Part shown: positions 1 to 10,700 of the stretch, one piece after another
How the letters are laid out: every line of letters begins with the position of its first letter
Position numbering within the stretch: position 1 is the stretch's first letter
IMG/VR virus record: IMGVR_UViG_3300024518_005299
Location: 32,001 to 96,000 of that record
DNA length: 64,000 nt
From: a virus
Strand: one strand, 5' to 3'
The notes under the pieces: generated by a model
The model's input: only the letters and a program-made list of their open reading frames with translations
What the model was told of the DNA's origin: nothing
Databases searched by the model: none
Made by a program: the position numbers and the translations under genes

Positions 1-3000
1 AGCGCATTCAAAGGCGCTCGTGGCTCATTTGATGTTTCTGCCGTTGGTTCAGAATTTGGTGATCAACTCAATACCACCATTAATAAATTATTAGCAGCTC
101 AAGGCGCTACAGGCTTAGATATTGGAGGGCCTGGCTTTAATAAAGCGGATTCTCCTACTCTTAAAAAAGCTAGTGAGAAAACAATTAGAGAAATTGAAAA
201 GGCATTAGTTTCTGCAGCGCTAGAATTTGAACTTGATCCCGCAGTCATAAAATCAATTGTTGCCGAAAATCTTAAAAAAATAGCTGCTGTTACTGTTCAA
301 AGTCCATTAGCAAAAAGAAATACCGGCGCGGCGATTCCGCCTATCTTAAAGGAAGCAAAGGCGGCTATTGCGAAAGCAGCGGCGCGTCAGATTACAGACG
401 TTAGGGTCCGAAGGGTTGTTGGTAAACGTGAAGAGACTGCTTCGGCTATTGGATCGATTGGTGGTCAAGCTCCCTTAGGCAATATTGAAAAATTTCTTGA
501 TGTTCCAGTAAATAGATTAGAAGTTGCATTGCGTACTTTTATTGCTGATTTGGGACGAGAGGTGCTAAAATTAAATGAAGCACAGCTGAAGGCAAGCACC
601 CCACAAAAACAACTAGCTGATGCAATGGCGGAAAATGCTCAATCAAATCTTAAATTTATTCAAGAGCGCATTGCTTTAGAAAAAACAGATGCTTCCACGC
701 GTGCAAGGGAGGCGTTCTCTAAAGCTCCTAACGCGAAGAATAAACTTTTTGAAACTCTACCTCAACTTATTGGATCGTTCGCAGCTGAAGGAAAAGAGCT
801 GGATAATAATGCAGTAACTAAGCTAAGAGAACAACAAAAGACACTTGCGGAATTTATGAATACGGCTGGCAATTTAGATATTGCTGATCTATTCAGTACA
901 GATGAGGCTACGGCGAAAGAGATTAAGGAAAGATTTTCGCGCACTACGGGTGATGCGGCGAAGGCTGTGTTTGAGGCTCTAGTTGGTGCTCAAAAGCAAA
1001 TTGCAGCAAAAGGTATTGTCGATCCCAATCAGCAGCGTCAAATCACAGCATCAGCGCTGTCCGACGCGTCGAGTGATGTTGATGCGCTTGGTAGTAAACG
1101 ATTTGATGCTGTTGCCGAGAACGCAGCAAAATTTAGCAAAGCGCTACTTAAATTAGATGAAGAAGGCTTTAGGGCTATCATCAAAACAAATGCCTTATTA
1201 GTCACCGCACTTAAAAAGCGCATCAGTGAGGAGGCGCGTCTATTGTCATTGGATAAGCGTCGTCGCGAGGCTACCGCTTTGAATGCTCGCGCTGCGGTGG
1301 AGGAACTCACTGGTATTCGTCGTCTAGTTGCTGAACGAGAGATCGAAACACAACTCATCAATGCAAATATTGCAGCGTCACAAACCAGATTAACTTCTCT
1401 TAGTCAAGAAGAAGCGAAGATCAGGGCTATTAAAGAGACAGAATCAAATCGTGCTAGTATCCTTACTCGACTTAAAGTCATTGAAGAGACTCGGGCGAAT
1501 GAGGAAGTTAAGCTATCTAGTCTAGTGGGTAAGAAACGCGTGAGTGATATGCGTAATGTCTTGCAAGTTGCTAAATTAGCTACGGCTGCATCTAAGAAAG
1601 TCGTTAGTGAAGAGCGTAGTCGTATCGGCGCGTTGGCTGATATTAGCACCATACTATCTGTAGATCAATCTCAGTTAACAAAGTTCAATGCAGAATTAGC
1701 TACTCTAGGTGCTCAGTTTAAGAATTCACAGGCGCAACTAGCAGCGGAAGCAGCTGTCGTCAATGCCACTATCACCGATCAAGCTGAAAAGGAAAAGCAA
1801 CTAGGTGATATAAAGAAGCGCGGCGCAGCAATCGCCCTCGCGCAAGCCAAAGCCGAAGCGGACATTATTGCTAAGCGTCGTGAGGCGATTAAGCAGGTGT
1901 CACAGCAGCTACTAAGTAATCAGCAGGAACAAGTGACTGCGCAGAAAGCTATTATTGACGCCACTAAAGGCGTGTCCGATGCTTTTGAAAATTACCTACA
2001 GGCTGTAGATGGCGCTATCATGGCGACCACTCGTTACAACTTAGGACTAGAAATAGCTTCAATTGCGGCTGAAAAAGTTACCGGCGGGTTTACTGGTATA
2101 CGTGATGAGCTAGGCGCAGTGCAAGACGCCTTCCGTGATGCTGAACAATTAGCGCGTGATCTAGGAGCCAGTGAATCAACTCTAGTAGATATTAGACGAG
2201 AGTCTATCAATCAACAGTTAACTCTATTCAATAACTTGTTGCAACAGCAGTCACAACTAGCTCGTAGTTTCTTCACTAGCTCCGCGCAAGATCAAGCAGA
2301 TCTCTTTCAAGGCCTTCAAGAAGCCCAGGGGGTCGCAGACGTACTTGGTGGAAGCTTTGAAGCCTTTAAGAAGAAGGGCGAGGGTGCTATTAATGATCTA
2401 GGTGCTCGGCTTCTAGCCTTACCCCAAGAAGCACGACAACGGGTCGTTTCCTCTCTAGAGACGTTATCTGGAGTCGGTGGCTCAGTTGGTGGTTTTACTG
2501 CTGATGAATTACTTACAGCTATTGAAACAGCATCTCTAGGTGTTAGTGGAGAAGGATTACAAGTAGATCCTCTCTTCGAGGTGCAAAATCGTATTGCTCA
2601 GCTTACTGAAGAACAGGCTCGTTTGGCGACAGAAGAGCTTATCACAGCTAATGAAGGAGTGCAGACAGCTAAAACACAACTAGAGATTGCTGAGGCGGCG
2701 AAGGATCTCGCGGAGATTCAGCTTGATCGTATTAAAGAGGAGGGCGAGAAGCTTCGTGGTAAACTTAATGATCTCCAGGGTAGTTTAAATACTATCCTAT
2801 TACAGCAAGATCAAACAGCGAAATTGGGATTTAGTGCTGTGACTAGCGCCGTGGCAAGAGCGGCAAATGATGTTGTAACAAAATTGCCTGACGCTTTTAG
2901 TGTTAAAGTGGCTGAAGCTTTCCGGGAAGTCCTTCAGGCAGGCGGGCAGTCCATCCCTACTGTGCGTGAATTTAGTGGGAATAAGTTAAGTCAAAGTACC

Positions 3001-3531
3001 CCCAAGGGACGTGGAAGGGAGCAGGTGGACGCTAGGCGTGCTCAGGGGGCTAATCTGGCTGAACAGGCGCGGGTGGCATCGCAAGGCGCGAACGGCACCG
3101 TGGTCCCTGCTAGCGCCGCTCAGGGGGCTCCTACTGGGAGAGGCTCGAACAATCCTAATGATCCAGGCTCTGAGCAGACAAATCGTAACTTATCGTCTAT
3201 TCTAGATGAATTAAAGAGCATTAAAACTAATAGTGATGCCAATCTAGTAGCCACTCAAGAAATCCGTGATACCAATGGTAATCAAATTGGCACAGCTGCT
3301 GCCACAGTAGGTGGTACCGGACAGCCAGAGATCACTATTAATGTTGAGGGGACTTCGACCGTGACAGTGACTGGATTTGAAGCAGCGGTTACCCGTATAG
3401 GCGCAGCTCTTGCTGAGACATTTGGTGGCTTTGCTACCGAGGAAGAGGCAAGGCGAATTGCTAACGAAGTTTTGGATAACATAAGAAAAGAATTATTACG
3501 TCGTAATATTATTACTCCAACAACATTATGA
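1..3531 (+). CDS. Tail tape-measure-like long coiled-coil protein (5' truncated)
   Basis: Frame is open from base 1 (SAFKGARGSFDV...) into the 529-3531 ORF, so >1170 aa. Ala/Glu/Gln/Leu-rich helical composition, directly upstream of structural genes. Confidence 0.65.
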   Translation, partial: SAFKGARGSFDVSAVGSEFGDQLNTTINKLLAAQGATGLDIGGPGFNKADSPTLKKASEKTIREIEKALVSAALEFELDPAVIKSIVAENLKKIAAVTVQSPLAKRNTGAAIPPILKEAKAAIAKAAARQITDVRVRRVVGKREETASAIGSIGGQAPLGNIEKFLDVPVNRLEVALRTFIADLGREVLKLNEAQLKASTPQKQLADAMAENAQSNLKFIQERIALEKTDASTRAREAFSKAPNAKNKLFETLPQLIGSFAAEGKELDNNAVTKLREQQKTLAEFMNTAGNLDIADLFSTDEATAKEIKERFSRTTGDAAKAVFEALVGAQKQIAAKGIVDPNQQRQITASALSDASSDVDALGSKRFDAVAENAAKFSKALLKLDEEGFRAIIKTNALLVTALKKRISEEARLLSLDKRRREATALNARAAVEELTGIRRLVAEREIETQLINANIAASQTRLTSLSQEEAKIRAIKETESNRASILTRLKVIEETRANEEVKLSSLVGKKRVSDMRNVLQVAKLATAASKKVVSEERSRIGALADISTILSVDQSQLTKFNAELATLGAQFKNSQAQLAAEAAVVNATITDQAEKEKQLGDIKKRGAAIALAQAKAEADIIAKRREAIKQVSQQLLSNQQEQVTAQKAIIDATKGVSDAFENYLQAVDGAIMATTRYNLGLEIASIAAEKVTGGFTGIRDELGAVQDAFRDAEQLARDLGASESTLVDIRRESINQQLTLFNNLLQQQSQLARSFFTSSAQDQADLFQGLQEAQGVADVLGGSFEAFKKKGEGAINDLGARLLALPQEARQRVVSSLETLSGVGGSVGGFTADELLTAIETASLGVSGEGLQVDPLFEVQNRIAQLTEEQARLATEELITANEGVQTAKTQLEIAEAAKDLAEIQLDRIKEEGEKLRGKLNDLQGSLNTILLQQDQTAKLGFSAVTSAVARAANDVVTKLPDAFSVKVAEAFREVLQAGGQSIPTVREFSGNKLSQSTPKGRGREQVDARRAQGANLAEQARVASQGANGTVVPASAAQGAPTGRGSNNPNDPGSEQTNRNLSSILDELKSIKTNSDANLVATQEIRDTNGNQIGTAAATVGGTGQPEITINVEGTSTVTVTGFEAAVTRIGAALAETFGGFATEEEARRIANEVLDNIRKELLRRNIITPTTL

Positions 3532-4274
3532 TGCATGGAATTTATCAAATACAAAATCTTGTGAATAGCAAGCTTTATCTTGGAAGCACTACTGTCTATG
3601 GATTTAATCGTCGTTGGCGTTCTCACTCAACTGCTTTGAAACGAAATAAGCACTCCAATAGACACTTGCAGTTTGCTTGGAACAAGCATGGGGAAGAAGT
3701 CTTTATATTTGAAGTTATTGAGTATGTCATTAGATTAGATGAGATGACTGATAAAGAATGGAAAACCTTGGTTCTTCAGAGGGAGCAATATTATCTAGAT
3801 ACAATTTTATTTGCTAGTTGTAAAGATCAAAGATTTCATAAATTAGGGTATAATATTTGTCGTAGGGCTGGTAATACATTGGGTTGTAAAATGTCTGAAA
3901 AAACTAAAGCAGCGATGAGTAAAGCTCATAGCGGTGAGAATAATCCTATGCATGGTAGAAATCATTCAGCTTCTACTAAAAAGAAGATAGCGATGAAAGC
4001 CACAGGAAGAGAGCATTCGATAGAATCTCGTAGGAAGATGAGCGAATCACGTAAGGGTAAGCAAGTAGGATCAGACAATCCTATGTATGGCTCGATTCGT
4101 TCTCGTGGAGAGTTGAACGCGCAGGCAAGACTTACTATAAATAATATAAAAGATATTAAAAAATTATTGACTGAAGGCATATCCCAATATATTATCGCTC
4201 AATTATTCAATGTGCGACAATCAACTATTAGTAGAATTAATACTGGTAAAAGATGGGGGCATATAAGTGGCTGA
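3528..4274 (+). mobile_element. Free-standing GIY-YIG homing endonuclease (NUMOD3-like repeats, C-terminal HTH)
   Basis: GIYQIQNLVNSKLYLGS, REQYYLD..GYN, MSKAHSGENNPMHG repeats, TISRINTGKRWGHI end. ATGA overlap with upstream stop. Confidence 0.9.
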
Positions 4275-5754
4275 TCCTCAATCGACTATTCCCGGTTTAA
4301 GCGCGTCTTTTATACAGGTAAGTTATGGAGGTAGTATATTACGCCCGTCACCATTGATTGCGCACTCTGTGCAAATCGAGCGTGATGATGCTGACAATCG
4401 AGAAGTTATCCGTACGACTAGGACGTTAACGGGCACGATCCTTACTTCGGGGATCAGCTACCATTTTGTTAGGCAGAAACAGCGTGAATTAGAAGACGCA
4501 TTTTCGATAGATAATCTTGAGTTTAAGATTCTTGCTACAGCGGGCCATCCATGTTTGGTCGCTGGCACGCCAATTGAGTCTGGTGTTTATCCTCTCGTGC
4601 AGTCTATTGATATTCGAGAAGACCAACAATTTAATCGTTTATCGTACAGTATTGTCTTGGAGGACGCAACCGCTCCGAGCGGGATCTCTGGCTTAGTCAC
4701 CAACCTAGCAGACACTTGGTCTTACACGGAGAATGACACAGAATGTCTAGTTGATATCACTCACAATATTAGTGCTCAAGGTGTAAATACTGCAATCTCT
4801 GGATTGCCATCTAATGCCTTAAGCAATGCGCAGGCTAGGGTCAATCAGCTACTTGGTCTCGCGTCAGCGCCTCAAGGGTTCCCTTCTCATGTAGAGCCGG
4901 GTAGTGGCAGTAATGTAAGGTTCTATGAAATAACTACATCTCGTGAAGAAACCGTCAGCGCTGAAGATGGGTCTTATGCTGTTTCAGAAAACTTCAAGTT
5001 GGTCTCGGGACTATTGCCTTTTAATGATGAAAGGACTGCTCAATTTCAACTAGACGATGCTAGTATCACGACCATTACGCTTCAAGGCACCGTTCGTGGC
5101 ATGGGGCGCACTAATGATGGGGCTCCTGCTGGATCTAGTCGCTCTAGTGGAGGAACTGGATTCGTCAATGCTCTAAGTGGTTTTGAGAACTTAGTACGTC
5201 CAGAGTGGACTAGCGATGCATTGAATGTTTATGATCGATATGGTGGGTCTGGCGCATTAGTTATTGGTAGGCCTCAATCAACTTCGATCTCGCAGAATCC
5301 TTGTAATGGCACGATTGGCTATAGCGTCACCTATACAGACAATCCAACGGAAAACCTACCTAGTGGTATTCAAGAAAGAGCCTGTTCGGTTCAGCGCAAT
5401 GATCCTGTTGTTTCTAATGCAATTATTCCTGTTCCATTTAGCGCCCTGGGTCCTGTATTTCAGAGACTATGCTCGACCTCAGCGGGCACCTATGAGGTCA
5501 CTTGTAATGTAATTGCAACCAATACTGGTCAAGAAGTGATAGATACAAATAGAGCGATTGAAGTTGCGGAACAAGAAATCATTAAATTACAGCCTAATCC
5601 CGCAAATTTCATTAAGCTTAAGTTGACTGGTCGCCCTCAAAATGTGGATAGAATTAATAGAAGCATAAGTACGACTTGGACTTGGACGTTCAGTCAAGAT
5701 ATCGCCACCGTCCCCTCAGACACAGGTCCAATCACATTAGGGAGGATAAGCTAA
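4267..5754 (+). CDS. Putative tail/baseplate structural protein, 495 aa
   Basis: GTG start overlapping the HEG end. Beta-strand-rich S/T/G composition. First non-HEG gene after the tape measure. No recognisable catalytic motif. Confidence 0.45.
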   Translation: MADPQSTIPGLSASFIQVSYGGSILRPSPLIAHSVQIERDDADNREVIRTTRTLTGTILTSGISYHFVRQKQRELEDAFSIDNLEFKILATAGHPCLVAGTPIESGVYPLVQSIDIREDQQFNRLSYSIVLEDATAPSGISGLVTNLADTWSYTENDTECLVDITHNISAQGVNTAISGLPSNALSNAQARVNQLLGLASAPQGFPSHVEPGSGSNVRFYEITTSREETVSAEDGSYAVSENFKLVSGLLPFNDERTAQFQLDDASITTITLQGTVRGMGRTNDGAPAGSSRSSGGTGFVNALSGFENLVRPEWTSDALNVYDRYGGSGALVIGRPQSTSISQNPCNGTIGYSVTYTDNPTENLPSGIQERACSVQRNDPVVSNAIIPVPFSALGPVFQRLCSTSAGTYEVTCNVIATNTGQEVIDTNRAIEVAEQEIIKLQPNPANFIKLKLTGRPQNVDRINRSISTTWTWTFSQDIATVPSDTGPITLGRIS

Positions 5755-6287
5755 TGGCTACATTCCCAACCGTTTCATTCTTACAATTTGATGTTGACAC
5801 AGACCCTAGTGGTGTTCGTGACTTAGAAGCGAGTGCAGTTAAGGTATTAGATACGACCATTACTGGATGTTTGGATCTTGGTAATACTAATACTTCTACC
5901 TCTGGTGCGATTAGTGATACTACGATGTTTGTTTTTCGTGTGTCTGATCTAGGTGATGCTTCTGGTGTCTATAATTTACGATTTTACTTAGAGAATGCCT
6001 CAGCATTTAGTGTTGGCAATTATCGCTTCTTGTATAAAGTTGCAACTCACTATCAAGGTGCGGGTTTCACTCTTGGTCTAGGTGACTTAGATATTCCAGT
6101 TGTTCAGCCAACGACACAGAATGTCTTAAGTACAAGCGGTCAGCCTACTTTGAGTGGGACCTTTGACGGGCATGTCTCACAGTATATTTATCTAGCTGTT
6201 TTTACTGATACTGACGTCCCATTCGGAAGTTACGGAGGTTGTGGAGCTGGAAGCTTTAGATATAAAATGGTGTATGACTTCTCATGA
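5754..6287 (+). CDS. Putative virion protein, paralog A (177 aa; true start ATG 5754)
   Basis: GGAGG SD then TAATG overlap. Shares motifs with the next ORF (DPxGxRxL, VSxxIY, PxGxxGxCGxGSxR..DF). Confidence 0.5.
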   Translation: MATFPTVSFLQFDVDTDPSGVRDLEASAVKVLDTTITGCLDLGNTNTSTSGAISDTTMFVFRVSDLGDASGVYNLRFYLENASAFSVGNYRFLYKVATHYQGAGFTLGLGDLDIPVVQPTTQNVLSTSGQPTLSGTFDGHVSQYIYLAVFTDTDVPFGSYGGCGAGSFRYKMVYDFS

Positions 6288-6874
6288 GTTCAGGTGTTCC
6301 ATTTCCAGTTTTACAGTTTTCCTCATGGGATAATTCTGAATTTGCAGACCCTGTAGGAACGCGCCACTTAGTATCTGGTGCTTTTGCCTATGATAAGTTA
6401 GTGGGGATAGGCTGCGATTTTGCCATGGCGTTTAATAACCTTCAACTTAATGCTGGGGAAAATCAGCCTTTCGTAGGGTCGAACGTGGCGGTTATTAACT
6501 TCAGCGTGCCCAATATGGGCGAGCTGCAAGCCTCTGGATTGACGGCGGTTTCTAACTTTAGATTATGGATTCCGGCAGGCTCCGGCTCTATCATAGACAC
6601 CCCAGGAGCCCACTTAGAGTTTTTCACAAGCGGTGTTTGGTCACCTAATGTTGACTTTCCTAGTGGCCATGGGCAGCCCTTTTTACGAACTTTACCTACT
6701 CAATTTAATGTTCGCCAAATAGACGGCAGGGCTGAATTGACTAGTTATACAGATGTTGAAGTGTCAGAATGGATATATATTAAAATGTTTCTAGACGAAC
6801 GATTCCCTTTAGGAACTTTTGGAGTATGTGGCAGTGGTAGCTTAAGACCAAGGCTCACATTTGATTTTTATTGA
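6284..6874 (+). CDS. Putative virion protein, paralog B (196 aa)
   Basis: ATGA overlap. C-terminus FPLGTFGVCGSGSLRPRLTFDFY aligns with VPFGSYGGCGAGSFRYKMVYDFS of the previous ORF. Confidence 0.5.
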   Translation: MSSGVPFPVLQFSSWDNSEFADPVGTRHLVSGAFAYDKLVGIGCDFAMAFNNLQLNAGENQPFVGSNVAVINFSVPNMGELQASGLTAVSNFRLWIPAGSGSIIDTPGAHLEFFTSGVWSPNVDFPSGHGQPFLRTLPTQFNVRQIDGRAELTSYTDVEVSEWIYIKMFLDERFPLGTFGVCGSGSLRPRLTFDFY

Positions 6875-6948
6875 TATTCAAGTACTTTTAGTGTATTAGA
6901 ATCATAGGGGAATATCCCCTAGAACTAGTTCTTTTAACGTTTAGGAGG
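6871..6948 (+). promoter_or_regulatory. Putative promoter, two adjacent inverted repeats and strong SD upstream of the 61-aa ORF
   Basis: TTGATA-17nt-TATTAG (6871-6899). TAGGGG-aatat-CCCCTA (6905-6921). Perfect 12-bp palindrome AGAACTAGTTCT (6921-6932). AGGAGG at 6943-6948. Confidence 0.45.
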
Positions 6949-6953
6949 TCATC

Positions 6954-7139
6954 ATGGCAACTATCAATGGAGCTTCCAGTACCAACAATGTCAATCGTAT
7001 GCGCATGAGTAAGTCGCGTCGGCTATTACTCTATAGCGATCGTAACCCAACCACGGATGCGTTTGTCGGTGTTGCTCAGTTTGTGAGCCGTTTGTCTGTG
7101 ACTGAGGTCACACTGACTAACCCGTTCACCATCGCCTAA
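6954..7139 (+). CDS. Small 61-aa protein in its own apparent transcription unit
   Basis: Strong AGGAGG SD 5 nt before ATG. Flanked by a promoter-like region and a terminator. Confidence 0.65.
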   Translation: MATINGASSTNNVNRMRMSKSRRLLLYSDRNPTTDAFVGVAQFVSRLSVTEVTLTNPFTIA

Positions 7140-7165
7140 TTGGGCGAGCTGACTGGTTTGATATG

Positions 7166-7198
7166 AGCGGCTACCTGAGATATGGTAGCCGCTTTATT
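7166..7198 (+). terminator. Rho-independent terminator
   Basis: Perfect 10-bp stem AGCGGCTACC / GGTAGCCGCT with 8-nt loop, followed by TTATT, 27 nt after a stop codon. Confidence 0.7.
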
Positions 7199-7224
7199 AG
7201 AATGGGGATAGGATAGGGTAAGAT

Positions 7225-7752
7225 ATGGCGCTTTTTGATTTTGAAATCGTTTATTCAGGCATAGCGTCAATTCCGACAGCTCCAGATATTGAAGTTGGTA
7301 TTACAGTATATTCTCGATTTGTTAATTTATATAATGAGTTACATGAAATCTCAATGTATTTGAATCCCGACATTATGAGTAGTGGGTTTAACGCTATTCA
7401 AGTAGGCGGTACGGCAATTGGTGGATCATTAGAGCAATATATAGGCTTGGTAGTTAATCAAAGGAATCAAAGAAGAATAATTGTATATGCTAATAGTAGA
7501 GAATTTATTTGTCATACACGACCAGATGAAAGATTTGAAATAGATGATACGGTGCTTGTATATGCACATATTAGTCATAGATCAGGACGTTTTGGTAGTC
7601 CGGTTTGGAATGCAACTAAGAAAATGTTAACACGACCAGGTATATTATCTATGATTGTGGATTTACAGGGCGCGGGCGGATCAGGTATTGGTAGAATAAA
7701 CGTAGACCCATATTCAGGAGAGATACATTATGGCTCGGGCTTGGAATCCTAA
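7225..7752 (+). CDS. Hypothetical protein in the structural module, 175 aa
   Basis: Clean ORF with G-rich upstream SD. Overlaps the start of the fibre gene. Confidence 0.5.
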   Translation: MALFDFEIVYSGIASIPTAPDIEVGITVYSRFVNLYNELHEISMYLNPDIMSSGFNAIQVGGTAIGGSLEQYIGLVVNQRNQRRIIVYANSREFICHTRPDERFEIDDTVLVYAHISHRSGRFGSPVWNATKKMLTRPGILSMIVDLQGAGGSGIGRINVDPYSGEIHYGSGLES

Positions 7753-10700
7753 TCCTGGTTCAGTAAATTATTGGAGGAGTGACAATCCATGTTTGGTATT
7801 ACTCCATCTTATGGGTGATGACGAACCCCCTCCACCAACAGCAGCGTCCTTAGGCCCATGGTCCACATTTCGTAAAGATAGCGGTCCAATGAAGCTTCAT
7901 GTTACTGATGGGACAAATCCTGACGCGGCTAGTTTTGAAACTAATATTGGAGTAGCCACTACTGGACTTGCACCTTCACAAAACTTTGGTGATGGAACAG
8001 GACATCCAACTACGAGTGATAGCGGTTTAATATTCAATGGCTCTAGTTGGGTTGCTGGAGCACATGCTGAGGGGTTTGGCGTTAATTTTGGTGATTACTT
8101 AATGGAGCGTGAAAACGCTACCAGTAATGGTGGTATGGGCACCTGGAGTTTTTCTAACCCAAGTGGCTTGACGATATGTGGCTGGTGTAATTTTGCAAAA
8201 ACTTCAACAAACACTTCTACTTATCGTCGTATTGTTGGGGTTCGTAGTATTGAAGGATCAACCAACGGTGGTTGGAGTGTGTCTATACGTCCTAATGATA
8301 TGTCGTTACGTTGGGAATTTGTAATTGCTGGAGGCACACGGTTACGAGCCGTTACCACGATTGGAAATGCCAATAACCCTGTGCCTGATGAACCGTTTTT
8401 CTTTGCGTGTCAAATTAGTCGTGATAGAGAAAATGAACAGGGTACAGGATATACTAGTTGTAATGCTAGTGGAGTAATGTCTATTTGGATTGGGACTCCT
8501 CAAAGTGGTTTAATTCATACTACACGAGGATCATTTGCTCACTCTAATGTTTGTGGATGGGGACCACTTCGTGCAGATTATATCTCTTATGGAGGAACTG
8601 GTAATGGAGTAAACGGGATTTCTAGTAGTGAGCATTTGTCTCCAAATAGCGTTATTGACTCTATTGCGGTGATAAACGACGCGCCCAGCACTTCTGGCTT
8701 GGAAGTCTTACGTTTGAATGGTTGGAATCATGTTCCGGCAACTTCAGATGTAGAGCATTCTAGTTTTGTACCAGTATTACCTGGTACAGAGGATCTAGTG
8801 GGATATTGGGATTGGATTGATGAGTTTACTTCACAGGGTGAAGATAGTTTTGTACTATTAAATAAAGCCCCCACAACATCAGGCATTTTACCGATTGATT
8901 TTATCGCCCCCGGTGGTGCGTCTTTTGGTGCAACTTTTTCCACTGCTGATAATACGGCTGATCCGGTTGTACCATTTACTAATAAGTCTATGATTCCAAA
9001 CGAGACTACGACGGTTGGTGGGCAAATTAGCAATGTTAATGATACAGGGATTGGAGTATTAATTCCTGCCGGTAGTGGGATTAATCATCTTTTTCCATCC
9101 ACTAATCCAGGCAAAGAGGGATGGACGTGGATTTATTGGGCTCAAAATGCAGTGGAGATAGGATGGCAGCATAAGACATTAACACAAAATAATACTAAGT
9201 TTGTTGAAAACTATGGAGATGCCTCTAACTTTGAGAATCCAGGATCATACAATGTAAACTTTAGAGGTAGTGGTATTATCAAAGAAGGCATTATGTATAC
9301 CCCAGCAGCCACTACTAATAATCGTAATTTACGAAAAGTAGCTACAGATGAATGGCACCTTAGAGCTATCGTGTGGCAAACAGATGCCACGATGGTGTAT
9401 AGTTATTGGGATGGTAATTCATTAGAGTTTGCTAGTCAACGCGCCCATCCTTCATCTGGCTTTTCTAAAGAAGGACATGTTGAAGATCCGGACGCCAGCG
9501 TTTTTCGTATTCGGAATGCTACGCCAGGTAGTGTGACGACTTCACAATGGGGTCCTGTTGCAGTATATAATCGTATTCTAAGTGTGGCTGAAATGTCTGG
9601 CTGGGCTTTAAGCGGTGTGAGTACGGTTCCGTTCGTATCACCTATTGGTACGAATTTTAAACAAACCTTAGGTTATTGGCCACTAGACGAATTTACAGTA
9701 TATCATCCAACAATTGTGTCTGGGGTGCGTCTGAATGATGAGAGTTGGTATCGTCATCATTTGACAAATGTTAGTGGGCAATTTAGCTTTGATGCCGATC
9801 CGCTTAATTCGCGTATTGCTAATAATGCCTTGCAGGTTGATACTAGTGGAGCTATGGTTTCCTTAGAAAGAATTTTCACTGGAAGCAACTTAGATATGTC
9901 AAATACACGCGTTGTAGGATCCAGCGGGTTCTCGATGGGTTGTTGGATGCACTTACCATCCGGAGATTTAGAAACCCAAGGTAATGGCTCTAGTGGATTA
10001 TTTGGCGACCATATGTTTATGGGTTGTTGGGACCAAGAGGTTGATAGTCGATCCTGGTTTTTGGGCATGGTTGATAATAAGATACGTGGTCGTGTTGTTT
10101 TAGATGACGGAACCGTGCGTAATTTTAGCACCAATCTCACGCCTCGTTTTAATGATAAGTTTTTCGTGGGCATGGACGTGCAACCATCAGGTAGTGTGTT
10201 GAATGGTCGTATGTTTTATGCTGAAGAATTTGCAGATGATGAGTTTTTAGCTATTCATGATTCAACATTTGGTAATTCAACCGACGTCTTACAGAGTGTT
10301 GGCGCCAGTGGTTTTAGTATTCTAAATGCTCCTAATTTACAATTTGGTTTTCCATCAGGAACTAGGATGAATAATCCATTTGTTTATGCTGGCGCCCCTA
10401 TTGTATCGGATTGGATTGGTATTAAACAGGCTGGAATTAATGAGGTAACTTTAGGTTCAGGGGCTGTTTCTGTTACGGATCCTGAAAACATTAGTCATTG
10501 GAAATTTGATGATCAAGCTTCGCGTTTTGTTGACTTTGGTAAGGAGCAAAACTTTTTATTCCCCATCAATCAAGATGGCAATAAAATTGGTGTCATAGGC
10601 GCTATCCATAGTAGTGGCGTTGTCATTAGACGACCAGAATATTATGATACTTTAGCTAATAATCCTCAATCACGTCGCCTAGATTTAGGATCGGGCAACC

